Source: Dimorphilus gyrociliatus
Lineage: Eukaryota > Animalia > Annelida
NCBI GenBank assembly: GCA_904063045.1
Contig: CAJFCJ010000007.1
Location: forward strand, 3,231,404 to 3,295,403
DNA: 64,000 nt
Direction: 5' to 3'
Under the pieces are notes generated by a model. The model made no database searches. It was not told the DNA's origin and saw nothing but the letters and a program-made list of their open reading frames with translations. A program made the translations under genes and the position numbers. Of this stretch, positions 48,601 through 62,600 are shown in pieces (the first letter of the stretch is position 1; the number at the start of each line of letters is the position of its first letter).

Positions 48601-51144
48601 TTTTAATTACTTAATATTCGTTTTTAAAGATCCGGCAAAAGTTGAAAATTTACCATCTGTTGAATAGATTGCAGTACCACTTAAATATCCTTCAGTTGCT
48701 ACTAATTGAATAGATTCTCTAGCTTGTAAATTTACTTGAATAACCTCTCTCTTTTTATAAACTTTTCCATCATATGTAAGCTATAAAAAGAAACGGACAC
48801 TAGTTATCTATTGTTATAGATAAAATATGAATAAATTATAATAGAATAGTCTAAAATACAGTAGATTTTAACAATAAGAATGAAAGGGGGGCTATTTAGA
48901 TATTGGTGATCCCCTTTAATTATAAATTTAATGCAGATAAGTATTAAATTAAATCATATCAATAAGGTCTCTTTTAAAGGTATAAAAGAGGGTTAGGTAT
49001 TTATATTGTGATATATATTTAGGCTAAATTTTATACACGAATTTACCTGGAGTGGGTTACTACTTCCGGCATCGGGTAGGTAAATAATAATATTTAAAGA
49101 TTTATCATGGGCAATTACGCTTAACGTTGACGATTCTCGCCTAACTCCTCCACCTGATGAAACGTAATATAAGTCACCCGAATGCTCAGTAGGAATAGCC
49201 GTATACGCTAAACAAGATGAGCTAAGAAGGGAAAGTTATTAGATATGATTACTAATAATCTTATAAAAAAAAGTTGTGTTTTCCTTCAATTACCTTCCTT
49301 CATTTGAAAAGGCCAATGCATTGATTGAGCTTGAAGCTTCCAATTTAATAGCCTTATTATGTTTCGACGAGCCGGAAGTTAATACATTTGAATTTACATC
49401 AAATTTTACCCAATCAAGCTGATTAATCTATTGTTGAAAGAAAAGACAAAACAGAATAAAGCAACATTATTAATTATTCTTCATTTAATTATAATAGATT
49501 TAAATTAACCGAGTTTCTATCGAGTTGCTTAGATGTCGAACCAAAACCAGCTTTAGGATAGCTAAGAGTAATTCTAGTTGGGTTTTTTCCCCAACTGAAC
49601 AAGTTTATATCAGGTGTGGAACTATCCATAGGTGGAAAAGTTAGATAAAAGGTTTTGCCATGATTACTGGTAGAACAATCACCTATTGAAAAGGAACAAA
49701 GGGTGAGAGGGATAAAATTAAAAGATCTACTTTACCATATATTGGAGGAATGATAATGCCAGAATCAGCTGCTTGACAAACAAGTTGAGAAACGTCTAGA
49801 ACGATATTTTTTAAATCTGTAAATTTGTCTAATTTCCAATAATTTCTTTTATTATTTGTACTATTAGACGCTAATTTCTGAATATATATGTATGAATAAA
49901 TTAATAAATGAATGCTTAATTAACTCTTTAATTACTTTAATGTCTTGTTCTCTTACTCTGTTACCAACGCCAATAGAGTACATTGTAATTCCATATTTTA
50001 CAACGGCTTCTCTCATATAAGTATCGACTAGTTGTCTATCAATCGTTGCGGGACCATCAATAAGGAATATCCCTATATTGTTGAGGGAAAGACCCTTTTC
50101 TACCTCTAATACATCATACAGCATCTTAAAAAGGGCTCCAGTAACATTTGTTTTACCCGGCTTATAGACAATATTTTGTATTCTTTCCTTAGTTTTTTCA
50201 TTATTTACGCTAAAAAATTATTAATTATGTAAATAAATTAGCATATTTATGAATAAATAAATGCTTAATCCTTATCTTTAAAACATGTCAATATTTAATA
50301 AAATATATAAAGACAGAGAGAGAGAGAGAGAGAGAGAGAAAGAAAGAAAAGACGTAAACTACTATTAAAGTAAAAAATGGGACTATAGGGGGTCCTATAA
50401 AATCTAAAAAGGTGAAGAACCTAACAAACCTACTAAGGTCAATATACAGTAAACTTATTTTGTATACATAAAATCTTAAATATATGATAATAAAAAGTAT
50501 TAAAAAAATTGCTCAAGAATTTTATATAGAACTTTTTTTTTTTAAAAAAAAAAGAGTGTCTCTTATAATAATCGTTTATCATTTCTGTGTTAATGTACTT
50601 TTAATATCTCTGAATATTTCCTATAAGAACCATAGATCTTATTGAAAGAGAATCAAGATAAACGTTGATCAATATAGAATAGAATAGTCTTGAAAAAAAA
50701 AAAGGGAAAAATACTAAAATACTCTTATTTGTAATATGTTTAAGATAGATAAGGATAAGACTATAACTATAAATATTTATATAATTACTGATGAATTCTT
50801 TTAAATTCTACTGTAGCTTTATCACTATATTGTATAAGGGAGAAAAACACATTCTCATTTGTTGGAAAATTATCCGTAGTTGACTTTAGAAAGTCTTTTA
50901 TTCTTTGAAAATTATCTTTATCATCATCGATAACTGAGCCAGAAGAATCAATTAGAAAAGTAACATTCATCTTCTTCTTGCAATCTAAATATTGAATATA
51001 TTAATTATGTTTCTTTTCATTAGTTTTATAAAAGAAAATCTTACCTTCCAATTGACCTTGACTTTCGTGAATCAATTGACCAATTATGAATATTGCCGAG
51101 ATAATTACGTAATACTTGAATCTCGACATTTTAAACACCTCCAT
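39692..51144 (-). CDS. Large secreted mosaic protein: signal peptide, VWA, four FCGBP-N (IgGFc-binding)-like modules with Pro/Thr linkers, VWA, (EGF-VWA)x3
   Basis: The signal peptide is (MEVFK)MSRFKYYVIISAIFIIGQLIHESQG. There are five VWA domains with DxSxS motifs (IDSSGS, LDGSAS, VDTSGS, IDRSGS, VDLSGS), four ~1.4-1.9 kb modules sharing NST.G..F..SFP, EQ..P..SWG.EF, FxNGGGR and YSF..G.C, and three EGF domains. Exon phases chain through to the stop at 39692. Confidence 0.82.
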
Positions 51145-52005
51145 TAAACTATCGTCGTGCTGTCTGTTATTTCAAAAATAAAAAAAATTAGGCCTAAAAG
51201 TGAATAAATAGCATAGACTGTTTGTTAAGGTCATAACCAAGTGGTACAAAAGTTACAAGCCATTAATTCGTTGAAAAGTTTACCTTTTAAATACGTTTTT
51301 AGCGACTATTTAGAGCATTCTTGCTAAATGTGTTGTTAAAAAATTAACATATAGCTATTACGTCATGGTTAAATGTTAATGGATACAATCAATCGGTAAA
51401 GTTTTATTAACCATATATAGAATCTAGTAAGAAAAAAAAAGAAATAAAAAATATTAATTATATATATATTATTAATAAGTTAATTAATTAATTAATTAAT
51501 TCTATATATTCAATAATGAATTATTAAATTAATAGTTAGTTTGAAAAAAATGTTCTCTTCTATATTAAAATTACCTAGATATTTAATCCGATCCTGAAAA
51601 AGGGCCGGGCGCATTACCTGAAGAAGGTAAGGTATGTTTAATATAAGAAACTGTTCAATACGGCCGATTTTTAAGGCCGTCCATTCAAAAGCAAGTTTCT
51701 TTGCATAGGAATAAAGGCTCATTAACATTCAACCAACGTTTTTGAAAAATTTTCAATTATTATTTAAAAAAATTTTAAGAAAGTAGAAGGAAAGAACAGA
51801 GAGGCTAGTGCTAGTCAGAGATTTTCCTTGGTATGTTTCTTGTACTTTCTCCTCCTTCTCCTTCTCCTCTTCCTTTTTTATTTTCTATTAATAGAGAATA
51901 TTTTATTATGCACTGCAAAATTATTACATCATTCTAATTATCCATTTTCTTTTACAGGAATTAACGCTTTGTTCTTGCTTCTTCTACTTTATCTATTCTC
52001 CTCCC

Positions 52006-52031
52006 CCTCCTCCTCCTCCTCCTCCTCCTCC
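52006..52031. repeat. (TCC)n trinucleotide tract
   Basis: Direct reading. It produces the low-complexity poly-Ser and poly-Glu ORFs in the track. Confidence 0.9.
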
Positions 52032-52715
52032 TCTTCTACTTCCGCTTCTCCCCTATCTGCCTCTTCGTCATTTCTCTCATTTTTTAACAGATATTTGAAA
52101 TTGTCTTTAGAACAATTACTAAAAAAAATATCTGTTGCAAAACTATTTCGAGTTACTTTATATCCATACATTTTTTCTAGTAGGCCCCTTAAACATGTCC
52201 TCAGTCACCCGAATAGTCCTATCAAATCATTAGCAAATATGAAAAGTATTAACTTTTAATCGATCTCTTCTTATATAGGGTTATATTATCTAATTATTAA
52301 TCTATATTCACTGGAGCAGTTATAGTAATCGGGATAATAAGAATAAAAGATTCGAGAAAGGAAGAAAGCCATGATTGCGTACTCAGTGGTGGGCGGAATT
52401 GACAAAACATTTTAGAATTCTATTTTTACTTTATTCATGATAAATTCTTTTTTAAATACACCTTAAAAGGAAAATTAACGTGGAATTTGTTACACATATA
52501 AGAGTTATATAATAGAAAGGTAAAAGCAGATGACGTAGATGGGACAAAAAGAATTGGGCGATAGGGTCACAGAAAAAGTGTGTTAAAGATTTATGTAAAT
52601 ATGTGGTAGGATACAGAGATTGACAGACAAATAAATAGATATATAGATAGGACGTAAAATATTAGTTTCAGTTAAATTTAGTACAAAAGTGAAAGAAAGA
52701 AAGAAAGAAATAAAT

Positions 52716-52720
<5 letters not shown>

Positions 52721-52745
<25 letters not shown>
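52721..52745. repeat. (GA)n microsatellite
   Basis: Direct reading. Similar tracts occur at ~23375-23405 and ~50316-50340. (TA)n tracts lie in several introns and at 63080-63117. Confidence 0.9.
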
Positions 52746-52749
<4 letters not shown>

Positions 52750-53686
52750 AGAATAGGAAAATTTCCCCTTTTTTTCTTCTTTTTTTAATAGAATAAAAAT
52801 TTTTTAGACTAGGCCTATTCTAAAAAATGTTGTGAATATACTCTAGGAAAAGTAATAATTATCTATTTACCTTTCTTATATAAATAATATTTCTTATAAT
52901 ATTTGTTAAGATAGTAAAATAATGGATAATTTTATCCTTTCTTTTTTCTTCTATTAGCACTTGTTGTTATTTCATTTAACATTTCAAAAGATTTAGATGA
53001 TCTTATTCTTTCAAAGGCCTCATACACACATATATATGTATATATTCTTCATTAGTTAATAATCTATAAAAGAAGATAAGAACACCTGTAAAATGTTATA
53101 TATTCTATAATTACTCTTCAATAGGTAACCATTAACTCAATGAGTTTAAAAAGCATTGATACTTCTGTTAATTGAAATAGTGAAACGTCATTTGCATCAC
53201 CTAAGTATTTTCGTATTAGAGAAGGTAGTTAAGAATATAAAAGTTTAAGCCTAAATACAAAAGCCTACTTGTTATTGAAAATTTTATGAAAGAGCAGATT
53301 GTTATGGGGCTACGTTTCTTGTTCAAGCAATTTGTATTGATTAAAAATTCTATTTTAAAAAAATGGAAGAGGAACCTTTACAAGGAGAATAAAAAGTAAA
53401 TTATTCCAGTGTAATACTAATTGAATTAATAATTTGTAAGCCTATTATCAGAGAAGATTTATTTATATCCAACATATATATATATATATTTATACTATAA
53501 TATTCAGCATAATATATATGGTATTTTATTAGAAACATAAATATATATCAAATATATACGTGTGTGTGTGTGTCTTGTGTGTTTGTTTCCCTTTCAAGTA
53601 TTAGGCTATTTTATTTTCTTTTAAGTAATAAAAATTAAATATTATAAATAAAGTATACAGAGATATAATTGTTAGTTTGTTCTTGC

Positions 53687-56600
53687 TTATTGAGACCTCA
53701 AATCGAGGAATTGGTTTGATAGGTCTGTGTAATTTCTAGCTCCTTGTGCATTGGCCGCGTCAGCCTGATTTGGGAATAATATTCGGCGTATTCTTGCTGT
53801 TGATATTCTTGGTCCAATTGATGTGTTTGCATTCTTTGCTAAAAATTTACTCCATACACCTCGACCAAACGCTTTCTGCAGGTTATGTGCCAACATTATT
53901 AAATCTCTTTTTATAGTGAGTATATCGACTAGAACCAAACTGCCGAATGTCACTACTAGCATGGTTACAGCAACGTTACCATACGTTTTTGCGTTAGGAG
54001 CTTCGGCCGGCTCTTGATTCGGATTGATCTCTGAATAAAATAGAAAGATATTGTTAAAGAATTTCAATTTTGAGCTTGAATTTGTAATTATCAAACCTAA
54101 ACAATCTTTAGGTTTTGGTACCCATTCAGCAATATTTCCGGTCGGCGAACACTCAGATATAAATGATGATGTCATAAACATCCCGTCGCTAGTATTTACT
54201 TTTATATGATAGTTGACTGGACAAGTGAAATTGACAATTGACCAAGCAGTTATATCAGTTGTATTAGCTGTTAAATCTGTCGTAGCTATAATATTTTCGC
54301 AAGAGATAATCACGCACCGTGGTACAATCCCAGACCATACCCCATTCTCGTCACAATTTATGGATGCGCTATCTATTAATTCTGTTTGGTTATTAGTACC
54401 ATTTACAAATGAACCTAAACTTATAGGTTCATCTTTAGATAAAGATATTTTATAGCCAGTAACACACGTATACACGATCTCGCTTTTATATTTTACGCTT
54501 AGGCCTGTTGGGGTACCATGTACGACGACAGGTACGGAAGGGCATTCAATGTCTGATGAATAAATAAATATTTTTTTAGGAATTAATCACTTAAAAATGT
54601 TTAGATTAACTGACCTCTACAGCCGTATTTAGATAGATAAGGATCGATATTCCATGATTCATTTTGTAAGCATTTCATTTGTAGTTTAGTCTGTAGCTTT
54701 GATCCTGGCTTAAAGTATTTTGTCTTGAAATGATATCCTTTTTTACACGTATACACTACTATAGAATCCATTAAAAAATCTTGGTATTTCATTTCGGAAT
54801 TTGGTAAGTGCTTGGGCACGCTACACTTAACTTCGATGCAGTTTGAGACAGTATCATTCCAACTGCCATCTGGGTTACATTGAATTGACCAGGTCTTGAC
54901 TGAAGATTTGAAGAATTTATAACCCTTAATACATGAGTATGTCCAAACGTTATCCATATCAGTAACATTGCCACTAACAATACTATTGGCTACATTAGGA
55001 GGTTTCTTGCAGCGAGCTACAGAACAATCTCCACTATTTTCCGACCAATCCCCGGTCGATGTGCAAGTTAACATCTTATCGGTAGTTCCTTCGGGAAGGT
55101 AAGAGTTAATGCACCACAAGTTTATAGCTTGGCCAACCTTATGGAATATCCTTGTACTGTTCATCTTTAGAGTTTTGCTAAAGTCCTCTGTTGAACAATA
55201 CGTTTCATAGCATGAAGGGGGATATTTTATTGACCATTCGGTATCGCGAGTGCAAAAAATTTCTAACTGAAGGGTCTTATCGGGCAATGAATATCCATTG
55301 TTACATATATATAGCAATTTCGTTCCCATTGGATAAAATTTAGGATCAACAAATGAGCTATTTCCTAAAAATGGTGGTGGGGGACAATTCCACGGCGAAC
55401 ATGGAGATACTGAAAAAGGTTCCCAGTATCCAAATCCAACGCATCCGATTGATTTTATTCTCTTCCCATCCGGAAATCTCATTCCGTCTTTACACAAGAA
55501 TGTAGCATTATGAGAGACATCCATCTTGATAACTCTGGCATTTACAACTTGTGGAACTGGACCACATCTATTTGGAGCACATTTGGGTCCTCTTGGAGAC
55601 ATCCAACCAGATAGTTTACAAAATGACGTTACACCGTCTCGACCATCTGAATGTAGTTGGTTATCTGGACATGGCATCCAAATTGATTGCATATATTTTA
55701 AAACTATCTTTTTACCCGACACTTTAGTTATACAAGTAATCTGCCGACAAGCCCATTCTGAAACATCTGTTGACCAAGTTTGATCATCTTGACATACAAT
55801 GGTTCTACTATAATCTTGCATGTCAAAAGACATTCCAACCGGACAGCGATATTCTTTGATTGAGCCCACCAGATAATTACTCTTGCCTCTCATTATGGCA
55901 TTTGGTACTGTTAGGGGTGGAGGGCAACTCTTGGGAATACATCTTGGAACTTGATCACTCCATTTTGCATTGCTTAAACATGTTATTTCTATACTTTTCA
56001 ACTTTGGATTATGTTCAAAGAAATAACCCTGAAAACAAACGAAAGCAACAGACTGCCCCACTCTGGCATAGGTTCCTGGTCCATATCTATCAGCTCCTTC
56101 AGCATCGTTTAAAGGTGAACAAACATCATTTTCGTTCAGGGGAATCGATGGACTGTTTGGAATTTGCAAGATTTCAGAGCAAACAGGCTCATTTCCAGAC
56201 CATCTTTTACTTAAAAGGCATTTTCGAACCATATCTCCATCGGTGTGTGTATAACCAAATTTACATAAATATCTTTTTTCGTTACTATACTCATTACCAC
56301 CAAAAAATACTGCATTTTCAACTGGTCCCAGTTCTGGACAAGTTAAAGGTTTACAATAAAGTGGCAATCCTGACCAAGTTGCATCTTCTTGGCACGTAAT
56401 TTCCTTTTCTCCTTCACTTATTTCATAACCAATCAAGCACTCATAAGAGAATTTAGATTCATAATTAGTACTTTCTCCGCTTACTAGAGCATTTAAGGAT
56501 GAACCAGGATAACCGCAATCAACTTTTTCACATACTGGCTGCTCCCCACTCCATTTTTTATCTGCTTGACAAACCCTGAAAACAACTTTTCCCTGTTTTG

Positions 56601-59600
56601 AAGTGTAACCATAGTCACATATGTATCTAATAATATCCGTAAACTGAGTTGAATTAGCCTCTAATCTGCTATGTTTGATGATCTTAGGAACAGAACAATT
56701 AGTTCTGTCGCAAATTGGTAGAACGCCTGTCCAAGTTTGATTTAAGTGACAATACAGAGAAGTTCCACTAACTTGAACAAAGCCGTTACTACATGTATAA
56801 GTCACAGTGTCACCAACAGCGAATCCGCCATTGATTTCAGCATTATCAACAAAACCAGGATGAGGACATGTTTTTCCTGAAAGAAAATGTACTTTATGTC
56901 AAATCCAGATTATATTTATTTATCTTACTAGTGCAAACTGGTACACCAAGATCGCCATACCAGTTTCTGTCATCCATGCATTGAAGTTTTGAAGAACCAG
57001 AAACCATTTCATAAGCTTCATCGCATGTATAATTCACGTGATCTAAATAGGTAAAGGAGCTTCCTGTGAAAGATCCCCATTGAATTGACGGTGGTGAACC
57101 GCACGATAGTTCTAAAATGATTAAACATATCATACAATAAATGTTAAAAATGTTTTTCTCATTGTCTTACTTTTACAACCGGGAAGCATTCCTGTCCATT
57201 TCAATGATGTACCATCGAATATACAAACTCTTTCGCCATTTCCTTCAATCAGTTGTAACCCTTTTTTACATTGATACTTGATAGTACCATTCACAATTCT
57301 ATTACCAATAACAGTTGTGTTAGGTACAATATCTGGTTCTCTACAAGAACTCGGCATGCATAAACTTTCAGTAAACTCCCATTCACCATCCATCCCACAT
57401 TGAATTTTTGTCATGGATGTTACATTCTCATATGGTAAATCACAAGTGTATTTGAAAAATTGTAGATATTGATACGGTGGTTTCCCTTCAAATCTAGTTC
57501 CATTAATAGAATGCTGTGGTGGTGTCAAACAACCAACTTTTGTACATTCCAAATCGTTACCAGTCCATGTTCCATCAGCATTACAAATTTTCACGTTATC
57601 TCCTGCTGTTCGTGCATATCCGAATATACAATTTATTATAACAGAATTGTTTGCAGCAAAATATTCCCAATTTGCTGTTGAATTTGAAGGTAACGGAAAT
57701 GAATTGCAAGTTACTGTTGAGCAAATCGGAGGAGAGTTGGACCAGACGCCATCACTGCCACAAGTTCGTGTTAATGAGCCAAATACCAAACGAGAACTCC
57801 CTGTACATTCATATGTATAATTGTCTCCTATCTTGTTACTACCAGATACTATTGAAGCTGAAGCAGGCAGATCTAAATCAATGCAATGACTTCGTACACA
57901 ACTCGCTGGGGTCGTCCATAATCCATTGGCTTGACAAACTGATGTATTCATTCCGGTTAAAGCAAAATTATGTTTACAAGTATATAAAACGGAACTGCCA
58001 TATTCGGTTGAATTAAATGTAACTTCTCCATGACTTATGTTTGATGGTTTACCGCAATCAACTTTTTCACAACTAGGTTGTGTGTCACTCCAAGAGCCAT
58101 CTACTAAACAGGTTCGATAATTCCTGTCAACTATCGAATATCCTGTATTACATGTAAAGGTAACATTTACACCAATAGGAAATGGAGGAGTTGACGGTGA
58201 TCTTATAGCATTCGATATTGCTCCAGGATCTGAACAACCAGCCTTAGTGCATACGGGTGACGATGACCATTGTCCTGTACTGAGACAAGTGGAATAGTTT
58301 GCACCTTCAAACTTATAATTTTCATTGCAGTAGTAAAATGCTTTTCCAGTATAATAATTATTTGAAATGTTGTGTAAAACTGCTCCATTCGGAATTGAAG
58401 GAAAAGTGCTACAAGATACGTCTGTAGGATAGAAATAACAATGAATGCTTGTTTATTTTCACCAAAAATTGTTTTTTTAATATAAATTATTTACATTCAC
58501 AAACAGGAGGCGTTCCACTCCAGGTTCCATTCTTCAAGCAAGTCCTTACATCAGAGCCAGATTTCAAGACATTTCTCGGGTTGCAAGTATAAGTTATCGT
58601 AGTTTCCACATGATTATCTTGCTCCGTAGTGTTGGTAGCATTTAGTACTTCTATTTGAGGAGAATCACAACGATATCCTGATATAATTAAAAAAGATAAT
58701 CAATATTAAATTCATCCCTAAATCTTATAATTTTACTATCGCAAATTGGAAATGCAGCCCAACTTCCATTCATAAGGCATGTTGACGAATTGGCTCCAAT
58801 CAATTTAAAGTTTGCTAAACACGAATGAATAGCTATACTTCCGTTTGTAGTTCCTTGGGCAAATGACACATTTCCGTGCTGAATTGGAGGGAATGTCTCG
58901 CAATCAACTAAGACGCAATCCGCCATATTATTCGGTATCCAATATCTAGCTCCTGCCTTATTTCCACAGGTGTAAGTTATTTCATATGATCCATTCATTG
59001 CCACATATCCTGGTTTGCATTTAAAATTCACCTTATCCATATAAGCCGTTCCGGTCTCATTTAAAAATGTTGAATTCTCCTTAGTGTAATTGATTTGTGG
59101 GCATCTGAAGTCTATTAGAAATGATAAAATTTACTAACAGTCGTCGTCTTTTTTTTACAAAAAACAACTATTCATAATTACATTCGCAAGCATAATAATT
59201 TTGAACATTGCAATCTTGTCCTCTATATTTTAAGCCGGGATTCGAAAAAGCATATACACACTCTTTTGAATACTCAAGAACAGTAGATTTGGCAAGAATT
59301 TGTCCGTTATTATATTCAAAATCGGCTCCTGCAGATTTAGCATTGATAAGAAACCTGTAAAAGCGTTTGTTATCATATAGATTATATTCCTATGAATTTA
59401 GTTACAGACATCGCTCTCGATGAATCGTAAAATCTTTCGATATAATCTAATAATGCAGCACCTCCAGCATTCAATGGATGTTTTGATATTAGAATTGAGT
59501 GTTTCTTTTCGCATTCAGAGATAGCATTATCATAATCTGCTGTATGATTGGAATTTTCTACCGATAAATGAATACATAAATCCACTTTATCCACTCTCCT

Positions 59601-62600
59601 AAAGCCAGATGGACATTGCTCTACAGGTTAAAATGAGAAATTGGTAACAAAATTTTTATAAATAGATCTTAAAAAATTCATACTTTTGCATGTATGTCGA
59701 GCTACACTCCAGTTGCCATGTATTAAGCATCTAACGTCGTTGTAAGAAGTAGGCGATACTTGAACACTGGGTAAATTATCTATAAAGTGATTAGAATCGC
59801 ATTGTAGAAGTGCAAAATCTCCAAAATAACTTGATGAATATGTCCATTTTCCGTGTGTTCGATTGGGTAAACTTTTTAAGCATTCAATTGCTATTTGATG
59901 TTATAAAAGAAATAAAATATTGAATTAAATTGAAATTAACTATATACTTGTCGAACAATCGTGTCCAGTATACGTAGGCATGCAATAGCATTTAAAAGTA
60001 CTATAAGAAACTGGAACGCATGTTCCTCCATTTGCGCAACTAGTTGGGGTGCAAACTGATAATACGTCTGAAAAAGCAAGTAAACTATTTATAATTAATA
60101 ACCTTTAATGCTTAACAGTTTTATTACTTTTTAAGCACTTTACATATCCTATTGTGATTGAAAAATCATATTTTGTATCCCAGTCCACTGAAAAAATTGG
60201 TACATGTTTTTTACCAATTATCACTCCTTCATCCGTTTTGTTCTCTCCATCAATCTTATCTTGAGCTTGACAGTCATAATGATATGGACCTTCCAATTTT
60301 TGTTAATATTAGAAAACTAGATGGACATTGAATTGCAGTAATGATAAAATACCTCTTATATCGCAAATTCCATCGGTTTTTAAATCATCTAAATTAAAAC
60401 TAGAAGAGTTATATGGAGTTAATCTTACATTGTTTAGAGGATTATCTCCAGTGGGAGAACCAATTCTTAGAAATTGCTCACAATGAAAACTCGCATTTTT
60501 CAAGATATTTAATTGATCGTAACTTGCGCTAAATAAATCATTATGTTATTTCTTTATTAAAAATTCATACGTTATCCTCTACCTGTAAGAAATAGATTCA
60601 TTTCTGCTAACAACTTTATTATATTCAAGAATAGTAATTCCAAGCCCGTCTTCAAAAGAGCAAAAGACCTGAAAGGGAATTGTTGGGCCTTCAGGTCCGT
60701 CTGGATCAATTGTAAAAATACCATTTGTTGTATTCCCATTATCATGATACTCTTGGCAATCCTTACGATACAGAGATTCTGAAAAATTATTAATAAATTT
60801 GAAAATGTTTTATCAAATACTGTGCTTAAGCAAAATTACTATCGCAGTCTTCGACATCTCCTGTCCATGTCCATCCACCAAGTGCGCATTTCAGATTAAA
60901 TTCATAGTCATTCGGATGTGATGTATTATATCCTGAAGCACAAATATAGTTTATTTCATCTTCTAAAATATTAGATCCAGATTTTTGAACTTTCCAAGAA
61001 TTTGGCACAGATGGATAATTGGTGCATTTATGTAACGTACAATTATATAAAGTATTATTCCAAGTTCCATTAGTAAAGCAAGCTAAGTTTTGATCAAATG
61101 ACTGTCCGTTCACGGAGTGATATCTATCACAGAATAGTTGTAAAGATGATCCACTAAAGAAATGGTTAACTTCAACATTTGTCAAATTAACATTTTGAAG
61201 AGTATCAATTCCATAGCACTGTGAAGCTTTGCAGAGAAAAGGAACAAGGGTTGAACAATCTGCTACATGCCATTTCAATGGATTTGACTCATTGCAGATA
61301 GAAGCGTGAACACATTTTTCAGAAGGAAGGTACGAATTAGGAGAGCTCCAAAAATTTTGAGAAGGAGCAATTTCTTGATTGTCAGACCAAACCAGGTTCC
61401 CACTCTCATTCTTCATTCCAATAAGAGTTACGGTGGGACCAAGATCGAGTTGTGTTCGCAACCAACTAGCAATCTCTGCAGTTTCCAAATCACCCAAACG
61501 ACTGTTCAGCATATTGCATATATATTCTGCATCAGATCTAGTTCCAATCATATTTACAGACTGCGATGACCAGTAGCACTGGCCTTTATATGCACTAAAA
61601 CCAGAGGGACACCAAGCTATTTAAAAGTACGCATGGTATTAAAAATTAGCACTGTTTTAAAATATTCAAATTCAAATTCATACTTTGACATCCAACAACT
61701 TCTTCTCCGGTCCAGTTTCCTGATGTTCTTTCACAATATCTTTCGTAAGTGCTATATTTTCCATTTATCTTTTGCCATCGATTATCGCAACTATAAGTAT
61801 ATTTAGATCCAAAGCTTATATCAGCGCTAGCTTTGTAAAGAGTTACGTTCATTCCAGGAATACTTGGTAAAGCAGGACACAAATTTTCTATTGGAAAAAC
61901 TTTTAATTACTAATTTATAAATAAAAGTTTATTACTAACTAGTTCCACAATTTCCCGTCGTTTGACCATTTGTACAAACGCAATTATATACTGCAGGATC
62001 ACACAATTCTCCCTTGCAATCAAGATTTGTATTTATACAAGCGTTACTACTGTTTGGGTTGTTGTAGAAACATTTGTAAGAGAGTAAACTAATAAATAAC
62101 ATAGACGAATTTCGAATCTTGAATGATAGAACTGGAAGTTTCTCAATCCTTACAATATATCCAAGCTCACTTTCACTGTTCGAGGATGTATCGCATAAAC
62201 AAGGATTCATTGGATCTTGTCCTAAGCACATATCTTTTGTATCACGACCCCACTCCCAATTCTCTTTCGTCTCGCCGAAAATACTGTCTTTGTAAGTCCA
62301 CATTAAATTATTTCTTATCTTGTGACCAGCTGAGCAGCTCAGAGTTATGTGAAGCTCACAGTAAAAAGAGTCACGAGTAAACAAACTGTATGAAGAAGAA
62401 TTTGTCTAAAATTTAACTCTTAAATTAAACTTCTACTTACTGTACAGCTCGCCAGTCTCCATGATAAACCACATCGTGTGTACAAAATTCACCTGAACAA
62501 ACGCCCGTTCCTAAACTTGCACTAAAAGTATACCTTTCTGCGTTATTTACACTATCGCAGAATCCCTCCAAACGATAGCCCTTATAAGTTTGATTGAAAC

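Noticed and set aside
51593-51612. GGCCGGGCGC resembling the 5' end of Alu/7SL RNA
   Set aside because: Only 10 nt match, and the downstream sequence does not continue the SRP RNA pattern.
51828-52259. 143-aa hydrophobic/Ser-rich ORF and the opposite Glu-rich ORF
   Set aside because: Both derive from (CTC/TCC)n and T-rich low-complexity sequence, with no domain signature.
60529-60582. In-frame TAG (60581-60579) in the sushi/lectin gene suggesting readthrough or a pseudogene
   Set aside because: It is removed by a canonical 54-nt GT-AG intron that restores SISYSASYDQLNIL.
62386-62445. Apparent 35-40 nt or phase-incompatible intron near the sushi gene 5' end
   Set aside because: It resolves to a 55-nt GT-AG intron (62440-62386) using the stronger downstream TTCTTCATACAG acceptor.
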